Below are positions 1 to 8,202 of a stretch of DNA of 8,202 nt, in pieces (the stretch's first letter is position 1; each line of letters begins with the position of its first letter). The stretch is taken from positions 1 to 8,202 of the forward strand of contig NW_021828519.1 of assembly GCF_006345805.1 (NCBI RefSeq), written 5' to 3'. The stretch comes from Octopus sinensis (Eukaryota). A program made the translations under genes and the position numbers. The notes below the pieces were generated by a model. That model saw only the letters and a list, made by a program, of their open reading frames with translations, did not search any database and was not told the origin of the DNA.

Positions 1-42
1 CTACTACTACTGCTGCTGCTGCTGACTGCTGGTGGTGGTGGT
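1..42. repeat. Compound trinucleotide microsatellite (CTA)n-(CTG)n-(GGT)n, probably cut by the window edge
   Basis: Seen directly: ctactactac tgctgctgct gctgactgct ggtggtggtg gt. It abuts the 3' tail of the minus-strand SINE at 44-254. Confidence 0.95.
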
Positions 43-43
43 A

Positions 44-254
44 ATGACTTCAGATTTTGCCACAGGGCAGCCACTTGAGGAGGGCATTAGTCGATTACAT
101 TGACCCCAGTGTTTCACTGGTACTTAATTTATCAACCCCGTAAGGATGAAAGGCAAAGTCAACCTCAGCGGAATTTGATCTCAGAACATAACAATAGGCG
201 AGATACCGCTAAGCTTTTCGTCCAACGTCCTAAAGATTCTGCTAGCTCGACACC
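44..254 (-). mobile_element. tRNA-derived SINE with Deu/Nin-type central domain, copy 1 (near full length)
   Basis: Reverse complement shows an A-box-like TAGCAGAATCTTTAGG near the 5' end, a B-box-like GAGATCAAATTCC (170-182), then GAGGTTGACTTTGCCTTTCATCCTTACGGGGTTGATAAATTAAGTACCAG...CACTGGGGTCAATGTAATCGACT. It is about 83% identical over ~84 nt to the copy at 4973-5054 by manual alignment. The CCTTTCATCCTT..GG.GATAAA core matches the Deu/Nin SINE domain as I recall it. Confidence 0.9.
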
Positions 255-255
255 T

Positions 256-320
<65 letters not shown>
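256..320. repeat. Perfect (TAC)n microsatellite, about 21 units
   Basis: Seen directly. It produces the poly-Tyr tail of ORF 100..321 and lies between SINE copies 1 and 2. Confidence 0.98.
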
Positions 321-321
321 A

Positions 322-514
322 TTTCTCCAATAGGCACATGGCCTTAAATTTGATGGGAGGGGACTTGTCAATTGCATCGACTCCAGTGCTCAGTTGATAG
401 TTATTTCATCGACTACAAACGGATGAAGGACTAAGTTGACTTTGGCGGCATTTAAACTTAGAAATATTTCCGGAAGAAATGCATTCTCTCCCGCATGCCA
501 ACGATTCTACCGGT
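322..514 (-). mobile_element. Same Deu/Nin-type SINE, copy 2 (diverged, different 3' tail)
   Basis: Colinear with copy 1: gtcaattgcatcgactccagtgctcagttgatagttatttcatcgactacaaacggatgaaggactaagttgactttggcggcatttaaacttag, followed by head remnant gccaacgattctaccgg. The tail (taggcacatggccttaaatttgatgggagg) differs from copy 1. Confidence 0.85.
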
Positions 515-627
515 GCACGTACCCACCTCATACACACAGGAAAAATGATGATAGGAGAAACGATGGTTATGTTATGAACTACATTAGCTAACAGCTGTTT
601 CTACTACAAGTTGCAGTGGACTCATAC

Positions 628-879
628 CTGAATGTCTGAAGGGCTTAGATTTTTAGGGTTGTTAGAGGGCCCGGTTAGTGTACCGGAGTGCGCAAGTAAA
701 TACCCGGTATTTAATGGATATCTGGATTGCCGCTGGAATGTTCTCAGTCTCGCGATATGCTCAAGGGCTGACATTTTTTCAATGACTCTTTGTGTGGATA
801 GGAATAGAAGATCTTTTGGTTGGTTTCTGGTAGAATTCTTATTTTGAATTTCCTGTTGAACATAAGTTTCATTTGGCAT
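628..879 (-). CDS. Candidate coding exon of an unidentified host gene; either a first exon from ATG 879 or an internal exon 628-852
   Basis: Non-repetitive and GC-richer than its flanks, with about 106 stop-free codons (939-622). The frame closes just after a donor-like CAG|GTATGAGT (exon end 628). There is an in-frame ATG at 879-877 (MPNETYVQQEIQNKNSTRNQPK...LSPSDIQ). An alternative acceptor TTATGTTCAACAG|G at 853/852 gives a 225-nt phase 0/0 exon. I do not recognise the protein. Confidence 0.45.
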
Positions 880-952
880 CACGGCTGTTGTATTTATTTT
901 TCCTTCGCCTGGTTGTAGCGTGGTTACTTCCAAAGCGTTTTAAGCTCAGGAA

Positions 953-960
953 TTTTTATA
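953..960 (-). promoter_or_regulatory. Possible TATA box (TATAAAAA) upstream of the minus-strand candidate first exon
   Basis: TATAAAAA reads on the minus strand at 960-953, about 75 nt upstream of ATG 879. This is weak because such words are common in AT-rich DNA. Confidence 0.2.
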
Positions 961-967
961 AATATTT

Positions 968-1024
968 ACACGCACGCACCTTCACCTCCACACAAACACA
1001 CGCACGCACACATACATACATACA
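968..1024. repeat. Degenerate (CA)/(CGCA)/(CATA) microsatellite
   Basis: acacgcacgcacc...cacaaacacacgcacgcacacatacatacatacat. Confidence 0.8.
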
Positions 1025-1125
1025 TTTAGAATGCGATGAGGCCGATACTTCAGTGCATCGGCAAATACATAGTCGATACTTCGCTTCAAAGTAACTACCA
1101 ATCCTCTCTATATACACACACGCGT

Positions 1126-1395
1126 AAAGAAAAAGGGCCAAAGGTCCCGCCCGAGCCACAGGTTTATGGATCAGCTTCTCCGATACTGTGGTGTATAAAT
1201 TCCCTCCCCACGTTCTGAACCGGACGTTGGTCCATCGCAAGATTACTTATTTTTGCCAGCTGAGTGGACTGGAGCAACGTGAAATGAAGTGATTTGCTCA
1301 AGAACACAACGCCTCACTCGAAGCAGGAATCTAACCCACAACCTTACGACTAGGACTGCAAACAACGCCCTGACCATTAAGCCATGCGCCTCCAC
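1126..1395 (-). mobile_element. tRNA-derived CORE-type SINE, near full length
   Basis: Minus strand: A box TGGCTTAATGG (1384-1374, fits TRGCNNARYGG) and B box GGTTAGATTCC (1336-1326, one mismatch to GGTTCRANTCC). These are followed by the CORE-like TTGTGTTCTTGAGCAAATCACTTCATTTCACGTTGCTCCAGTCCACTCAGCTG (1309-1257), then GCGATGGACCAACGTCCGGTTCAG and a 3' part ending near 1126-1140. Resembles octopus OR-type CORE SINEs from memory. Confidence 0.88.
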
Positions 1396-1675
1396 ACACG
1401 CACACAGATGCACACTCACATAAAAACACTAACTGATAAACACACATACACACACACATACACGCGTGTTTATACGTATATAAAAAATATATCTTAATAT
1501 ATATATAAAAATATAATCTATCAACGTATATGTAATATAATATACCCGTAATGTATATATTTATATACATATATATTCATTATATATGTACATATTTATA
1601 TATGCAATTCATATCTATACATATAATACATACATACTCACACACACACACACACATATATATATGTATATATAC
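1396..1675. repeat. Degenerate (CA)n/(TA)n low-complexity tract
   Basis: Seen directly: (CA)-rich 1396-1465, (TA)-rich 1475-1635, (CA)/(TA) to about 1675. Confidence 0.85.
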
Positions 1676-2029
1676 GGCAGCTAATATCTTTTAAATGGAG
1701 TTAGTGGCAACTATCTGAACATTGATATAGTTTGAACTTCTAAATCTAAAATACATGATTATTCTCCATTCGAATTAATATAACTAGGTTTCAAGTTATC
1801 TTTGATGCACCTTCCACATCAATGATACATTTTGGTTTTCCACGGAAAATTAAACATATCGATCTTTGCAAGAATCAACTGACTGTGAAAAGGATAAATA
1901 TGAAGAATTTAGTAAATCATATTCAGTAGAACTGTATTGAAGACTTTTTCAATAGATGCAATGAACATAAGTATAAACGGGTATAACTGGCGTATAAGGC
2001 GAATCAAAGGAAACTTCTACGAATCAAAA

Positions 2030-2249
2030 ACACTAAGTGGGGCCTCGGTCTGCTAGAAATAAGAAGCGAAAACCTCGTCTAATCACACACTGTCCTCTTA
2101 AAAATATACGTACACATTTGATAATTTAGTCACATATTTACGTTCTGTCTGATAAATAGAACGGATAATTACAGATAGAATAGCTCTGATCACAGGTCTA
2201 CTCTACCAGGGTTGACAGGAGAAGAAACAACAACAACAAAAACAACAAC
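2030..2249 (+). mobile_element. 3' part of a SINE/LINE-tail repeat ending in (CAA)n
   Basis: gctagaaataagaagcgaaaacctcgtctaatcacacac...ctctgatcacaggtctactctaccagggttgacaggagaagaaacaacaacaacaaaaacaacaac. The terminal ~56 nt align at about 64% to the reverse complement of 2492-2569. It matches my recollection of an octopus repeat ending GATCATAGGTCTGCTCGATCAGGGCTGACCTGGGGCTAAACAACAAC. Confidence 0.7.
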
Positions 2250-2491
2250 GATAAATGTGCAGATTAATAGAAATACCTTCAATCTATCGCTTTTCGTTCC
2301 CCACCAGGCGGTCATACCATACACTGGATAAATAAATTGATTTCTTTCTGATTAGAAAGAACGCTTTAGATTTAAAATAAATACGAATTAGGTCGTCTCG
2401 TATTTGTCTTTTTTCTAAAGGTGAATGATTTCTCTTCAAAATTGAATCTAAAACCTACTCTATGGTGGATGAAATAATGTTTGATATATAA

Positions 2492-2569
2492 TGTTGTAGT
2501 CTTATTAGCTCTTTGTCATCCTTGATCGAGCAGATCTCGGACTAAAGGTATCCCAATCATGACTATCCG
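2492..2569 (-). mobile_element. Short 3'-terminal fragment of the same (CAA)n-tailed repeat, inverted
   Basis: Reverse complement cggatagtcatgattgggatacctttagtccgagatctgctcgatcaaggatgacaaagagctaataagactacaac aligns without gaps to 2162-2217 (36/56 identities, mostly transitions). Confidence 0.65.
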
Positions 2570-3019
2570 GCCATTTAAAGTTATATAATCACACAATCTA
2601 ATATCTGGCTTTATATAAGACAATAAATGCTTTTCCTATAAAACAGATCGAATGACTCTTCTGATCCTTGTTGTTTTATTTATTGCTCACTAAAATGTGT
2701 TTTATTTACTGATTGCTAAAATGAATAAAAATTTTTGGGTTTTAAGAGAGAGAGGATGATAGTGAGATATTCACGACAGTTTAAATTGGGAATATAAACT
2801 TCCTTCACAAAAGCCTATCGTAAGCATAGCAACGACGCTGAAGAACTTCGGCCCTAAATTCTTGCGATTTTATTTCCCTTCCCGTTGCCTTTTTGTTTAT
2901 TGCAGTTCAGCACCATAAAGGAATGCGAAGAAAGTATTGCACTTGAGAGGTCTCCATTGTATCAACACAACTAAACGACTATTATACACTTGAGAGGCAG
3001 AATAGATTCCCCCTGCCCA

Positions 3020-3790
<771 letters not shown>

Positions 3791-3957
3791 TTAATAACTT
3801 TGGGTGCTTCACTACTCGGTTTATATCAGCATAGGAGTTATAAACAAGTACACGCTGGAACCATTACATATAAAAAAAAACACAATTGCTTAACTAATTC
3901 AATAAGCCCGTGATGTGATGCTTGTTCTGTTTTTGTTGTTTTTTTTTATGTTCTCCT

Positions 3958-4086
3958 TTCAAATCCTATCGAGGTCAACTTAGCCTTAAGCTTTTCCGGA
4001 GTTGATGAAGTAAATGTCATTCAAGTCATTTTAACCGGCTAATCTCACACCCAATATTTGGCCTTGTACGTATATTAGAAATAATC
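3958..4086 (+). mobile_element. Deu/Nin-type SINE, copy 3 (old; B box to tail; tail type as in copy 2)
   Basis: ttcaaatcctatcgaggtcaacttagccttaagcttttccggagttgatgaagtaaatgtca aligns with the B box and core of copies 1 and 4. The tail ggccttgtacgtatattagaaataat matches the reverse complement of the copy 2 tail (ggccatgtgcctattggagaaat). Confidence 0.7.
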
Positions 4087-4147
4087 ACATTTTCAAAAAT
4101 GCAAGATAAAAAAATATGACACCTGACCTTCACAAAGACGCACATGT

Positions 4148-4149
<2 letters not shown>

Positions 4150-4181
<32 letters not shown>

Positions 4182-4398
4182 CACACACACACACACACAC
4201 TTACACACACACGCACACACACCCACACCCACACACACACTTCACACACACACTTACACACACACGCACACACACACACACACAACACACACCAACACAC
4301 ACACACTTACACACACACACACACACACACTTACACACACACACACTTACACACAACGCACACACACACACACACTTACACAACACCCACACACACAC

Positions 4399-4432
<34 letters not shown>

Positions 4433-4548
4433 ACACACACACTTACACACACCACACTTACACACACACACCACACTTACACACACATACAACACACCAC
4501 ACACACACTTACAACACACTTACACACACACCACACACACACACACAA

Positions 4549-4580
<32 letters not shown>

Positions 4581-4687
4581 CACACTTACACCACACACAC
4601 ACACACACACACTTACACACACACACACACACACACACACACTACACACACACACCACACACACACACACACCACACACCACACCAC
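4150..4687. repeat. Long (CA)n array punctuated by CACTTAC units
   Basis: About 540 nt of (CA)n with 15 ACTTAC interruptions. It generates the H/T-rich and C/V-rich ORFs at 4026-4769. Confidence 0.97.
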
Positions 4688-4972
4688 AAATATATCAGTA
4701 TGCATTGTCAAGGTCATTTTATCTGTAAAAGTACACGCTCTGGTCATATTTTGTTTCATTCTGACTTAAAAAGCACACACATGCTTACATACACACATAA
4801 TCCAAAGTCTATAAGCAGCGAGGTAAAAAAATAAAATGGATTCAGTTTGTTGCTGCGAAAGACCTGGGGTAGATGAGTCTACATTATTGGTGAGGTCGCC
4901 AATGTCAACAAAAAGCTTCTAGCAAACTGATTTATCGATGAGGCGAATTATCAAAACAGTTGATAAAGTAAT

Positions 4973-5126
4973 CGCCGAGGTCGACTTTGTCTTTCATCTT
5001 TCGAGGTCGATTAAATAAGTACCAGTTACGCACTGGGGTCGATGTAATCGACTGAAACCCTTTGTCTGTCCTTGTTTGTCCCCTCTATGTTTACCCCCCT
5101 GTGGGCAATAAAGAAATAAAAAAAAA
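4973..5126 (+). mobile_element. Deu/Nin-type SINE, copy 4 (no tRNA head, third tail type, ends in an A-rich run)
   Basis: cgccgaggtcgactttgtctttcatctttcgaggtcgattaaataagtaccagttacgcactggggtcgatgtaatcgact, then tail gaaaccctttgtctgtccttgtttgtcccctctatgtttacccccctgtgggcaataaagaaataaaaaaaaa. About 83% identical to the reverse complement of copy 1 over the core. Confidence 0.9.
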
Positions 5127-6295
5127 TTAATTAGCAAGATGAACAATGAACAATGGGGGGGGGGGAATAATACCCACTGCGCGTAATTTTATTGACAAAA
5201 TGACCCTCCCTTGGTTGCAACCTTCTTGTAGTATTGATTATGAAAGAATCTATACGTACATCGTTGCATTTATATAGACGGCATTTTACAGAACATCTGT
5301 ATATTTACACTTTAGTGCAAATAAAGCTAGCTCATCAGATTACCAGACCATCATGGTCACATCAATATTTCTACTCAAAATATATACAGAAAATTCACTC
5401 GTTATATTCATAATGTAGGAAGGCTAGAACTACACAAATTTACATTCATTTGTAACCAACAGAGCAAAAACGTGCTGTGATGCTATTCATTATAGAAAAC
5501 AACTTCAATTAAGTTAAAGTACCAGAAAGAAAATTAATGAATTTACCATTCATAATATAAACAAAAAAGCAAGCAGAAATAACAAGAGATAAGCTAAAAA
5601 ATAACTTACAAATATAAGCAAATGTAACAGTAAAGATTAATTCTTTTAACTTAGTCAATGGTGACAAAATGCCAACCGAAAATTGCAAAAATCCACGTAT
5701 TTCGAGCTAGCTTTAAAGACATTTCAAGCTTAGGCAGCTATTACTTATTAACAACAGTTGGTGAGCATCTTATCTTTTCTAATCCTAGATCTCGATAGGA
5801 CACATATATTCACTTATTCAAAAGCTTAATTCCATGTGGAACCGGATGGGGATGTGTGTCAAAGACGGGACAAAGTGATAAGTTTGAAAATTCGGCGTCT
5901 TTCATTTTTAATTTCCGAACCAGAATAACTTCTTATCACTAAGTTGAAACTAAACAAAACTATATATATTGTAAACACCTCCCTGAAAATGGCTCAAATG
6001 AGAAACTTTTAAACCTGAAAACCTTTGGACATTGACCTCTTGGCCACATTGCAGTTGGCAAATGGAATTTCATACTTTCATAATACCTTTATAGACGCCG
6101 AAAATAAGAAAACTTCTACAAGTTCCATATTGATAGGTGATGAGACTATCCTAAAATATTACTTAGAGTGTATTTTTTTCCTTTCTAAAGCTAAAGAAAA
6201 ATTAATCAAACTAGCTAAAAGAAAAAAATAACATGAAACATATACATAAATATACATGTACATAAATATATCGTCATGCATTCAGGTACACGCAC

Positions 6296-6478
6296 ATATA
6301 TACATACATACATACATACATACATACATACATACATACATACATACATACATACACACACACATACATACATACATACATACATGCATGCATACATTCA
6401 TACATACATACATACATACATACATACATACATACATACATACATACATAATACATACATACATACATACATACATAC
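6296..6478. repeat. (TACA)n tetranucleotide microsatellite
   Basis: Seen directly, about 45 units with few interruptions. It generates the YIHT/MYVC ORFs at 6215-6531. Confidence 0.98.
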
Positions 6479-6519
6479 GTTGTAGTCTTTTTTAGTCTGA
6501 GAAAGAGGATTGTATATGA

Positions 6520-7268
6520 ATATATTTTCACCTTCCTTCCTAGCTTATTCGTGGGTCAAAGGGGAAACGCAAGATCAATTATAGAGTACATGTGGTTTAC
6601 TTAGTCCACCGCTATTAAGTTCAGCTTGTGCTCAAACAGCTGGTCTGTTTGGATTAGGAAATCCCACAGGCTTTTGCAAGTCTGTCTCCGATATAGTCAC
6701 TCTGTGGTTCGTGCTCATACCACGTCTTGCCTCTCTCTAACCTCCGCTGTTCACACAGTTTTCGATGCAGCACTTTCACTACCTCATCGTGTTGTCACAA
6801 CTTATACTGGATTTGGATAAGTCAAGGGCATTCGTTCACCACAGGAGATGTGGTTCCATCAGATCTGTTACAAATTCAGTACAATGGGGACACTTGCTCA
6901 TTTCTAAGGTTGACCCTCGAATTTATAGCCAAAAATTTGGCTTTGCCCTACCAGTGTAGTGCTCTCAGTTTCTTTTTTCGGTGTACCTTTCTTTAACAAG
7001 TTCCATATATGTTCTCCAGCAACTACAGCTGTGGCTACATGAAATTGGCTGTGTACTGTTTCTTCATATCGATCTTGTACTTTTTGCATTGTTCTTTACT
7101 TTTTTCTTTCTTTCAATATACCCTCATCTCTAACTGCATCTAACAAGGCTCCCTCACTTTGGGTTAGATATCTCAGCAAGTCCCCATGTTCAGTGAGCAC
7201 GCAGACTTCCACATCTATAAGTCTCCTCCATCCATTTGCTTTCTTCACGTAGAGGCGGTAGATGATGG
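6520..7268 (-). mobile_element. Decayed, 5'-truncated non-LTR retrotransposon of the R4/Dong clade (post-RT region, CCHC zinc knuckle, restriction-like endonuclease)
   Basis: Manual minus-strand translation across frameshifts: YRLYVKKANGWRRLIDVEVCV (cf. DRLYxxRxxGGRGL), HSQF at 7053-7042 (cf. HGQF), WNLLKKGTPKKETES (cf. WLxxGxLKxETE). After a frame switch: SPLY*ICNRSDGTTSPVVNEC with C-x2-C-x8-H-x4-C spacing (6881-6828; C>Y, H>P), QHDEVVKVLHRKLC (cf. RHD..HW.LC), WYEHEP. After another switch: LWDFLIQTDQLFEHKLNLIAVD*...IIDLAFP (cf. LWDFxIQTD..RPD...IID.A.P). At least 5 stops and 2-3 frameshifts. Confidence 0.9.
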
Positions 7269-7385
7269 GATCATTATTATCAATTATTATTTTCACAGTG
7301 ATGGTCATGTTAACACCGGATCGGTTAGTTTATTTCCTATCAAATTGTATAACTTCATATAGACTACATTCCTAAGGATATTTGC

Positions 7386-7418
7386 TGTTCACAAAAGCGT
7401 TGTTCACAAAAGCGTTGT
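7386..7418. repeat. Exact 15-nt tandem duplication TGTTCACAAAAGCGT x2
   Basis: 7386-7400 equals 7401-7415, followed by a partial third unit TGT. Confidence 0.95.
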
Positions 7419-7419
7419 A

Positions 7420-7580
7420 TTGAAGTACTCACCCAGGTACTTATATTTTTAAACTCTGGTACTTATCCTATCGGTCGTTTATGCTGAACTGCTAAGTTAC
7501 GGAGACGTAAACAAACCAACGCTAGATGTCAACAGGTGATGGTGGAACACACAGACAAAGACATGAACGTACACTCACAC
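7420..7580 (-). mobile_element. Remnant of another cephalopod-type SINE family (central and 3' part)
   Basis: cccaggtacttatatttttaaactctggtacttatcctatcggtcgtttatgctgaactgctaagttacggagacgtaaacaaaccaacgctagatgtcaacaggtgatggtggaacacacagac matches my recollection of a common octopus repeat (GTACTTATTCTATCGGTCTCTTTTGCCGAACCGCTAAGTTACGGGGACGTAAACACACC). There is no second copy in the window to confirm it. Confidence 0.65.
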
Positions 7581-7651
7581 TGTATGCTCCACTATAAACG
7601 GAGTGTGACGTGGAATTTTTTACTGTATATATTTGTCTATATTTTCTTGGG

Positions 7652-7748
<97 letters not shown>

Positions 7749-7759
7749 GTCTGTCTGTC

Positions 7760-7792
<33 letters not shown>

Positions 7793-7880
7793 ATCTATCT
7801 ATCTGTATATCTGTTCACCTATTCATCTGCCTGTCTATCTGTTTGTCAGTCTATTTGTCTGCCTGTCTGTCTGTCCGTCT
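7652..7880. repeat. Compound (TATC)n-(TC)n-(TCTG)n microsatellite
   Basis: About 23 TATC units (7652-7745), then TCTG/TC tracts running up to the AG at 7886-7887. It generates the IYLS/SIYL ORFs. Confidence 0.97.
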
Positions 7881-7887
7881 CCTTTAG

Positions 7888-7974
7888 TGATAAAGCTGCT
7901 GGAGTTATCACTTTTGATAATTGCATTGTGATTTCGACTATAGAACCGAGCGGAGCACTGCATTCTCGAGCCAG
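7888..7974 (+). CDS. Candidate 87-nt coding exon of an unidentified host gene (xDKAAGVITFDNCIVISTIEPSGALHSRAx)
   Basis: Acceptor GTCTGTCCGTCTCCTTTAG| at 7887 and donor CCAG|GTAATT at 7974/7975. The length is divisible by 3 (phase 2/2) and only one of the three frames is open through it. An alternative reading is a terminal exon with stop TAA at 7976-7978. I do not recognise the protein. Confidence 0.55.
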
Positions 7975-8202
7975 GTAATTAATTTCTTGTTGACATACTC
8001 CATTCAGCTAAAAGTATGATCACCAGCGGCAGCTCGGGGCTATTCTAGGCATTACACTGGAGTATTGTTCAAGGAGAAGTCTTGTACTTATACTGATCTA
8101 ACCACTTGAAGATCTAAATATATTCAGTTTGATTATGCAATATGAGAAAATGTCTTCTATTCTTCGAATTCTCGTCGAGTGTTTTTGAAGCAACAATCTC
8201 AG

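Noticed and set aside
100-321. 73-aa ORF ending in poly-Tyr
   Set aside because: It is the antisense of SINE copy 1 plus the (TAC)n repeat.
632-847. Plus-strand 71-aa ORF MSEGLRFLG...
   Set aside because: It is antisense to the longer minus-strand frame, which has the better splice signals. I found no convincing plus-strand acceptor/donor pair.
2865-2997. Strong acceptor-like tract (…TTTTTGTTTATTGCAG at 2905) and 11-nt direct repeat CACTTGAGAGG (2940-2950, 2987-2997)
   Set aside because: No good downstream donor and all frames close within about 70 nt. The short direct repeat flanks no recognisable insert.
5155-5165. G11 run, possible G-quadruplex
   Set aside because: A single run of 11 G is too short for four G3 tracts with loops, and there are no nearby G tracts.
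5509-5706. 65-codon hydrophobic open frame on the minus strand, superficially membrane-protein-like
   Set aside because: The T-rich strand produces F/L/I-rich stop-poor frames by composition. No ATG near the start, no clear splice sites and no family motif.
5891-6102. 10-nt inverted repeat TTCGGCGTCT / AGACGCCGAA about 200 nt apart
   Set aside because: Too short, no matching target-site duplication, and not extendable. It is not supportable as MITE termini.
6025-6231. 68-aa plus-strand ORF in unique sequence
   Set aside because: TTG start with a stop three codons upstream, AT-rich, no recognisable motif and only weak splice sites. Cannot be supported without RNA data.
6215-6531. YIHT/MYVC repeat ORFs on both strands
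   Set aside because: Artefacts of the (TACA)n array.
6626-6996. Three overlapping plus-strand ORFs
   Set aside because: They are antisense to the R4/Dong-like retrotransposon remnant.
7536-7887. IYLS/SIYL repeat ORFs
   Set aside because: Artefacts of (TATC)n. Only the 7888-7974 part of ORF 7610..7978 is kept as a candidate exon.

Overview
AT-rich, repeat-dominated animal genomic DNA, most likely a coleoid cephalopod (octopus-like). The taxon call rests on my recall of the SINE families and needs a Dfam/RepeatMasker check. About a quarter of the window is microsatellite, and this explains almost all of the supplied ORFs. Supported content: (i) four copies of one tRNA-derived SINE with a Deu/Nin-type central domain, carrying three different 3' tails; (ii) a near full-length tRNA-head CORE-type SINE; (iii) two inverted fragments of a (CAA)n-tailed repeat and a remnant of a further SINE; (iv) a decayed, 5'-truncated R4/Dong-clade non-LTR retrotransposon on the minus strand (~6520-7268) that needs frame switching to see, with a post-RT region, a CCHC knuckle and a restriction-like endonuclease, and a TAA-type repeat at its 5' junction; (v) two unidentified candidate host exons on opposite strands (628-852/879 minus; 7888-7974 plus). 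I see no bacterial features, no CRISPR array and no evidence for a new multi-gene system. The most interesting items are the Dong-like element, the modular SINE tails, the candidate exons and a (CA)n array with 15 embedded antisense GTAAGT motifs.
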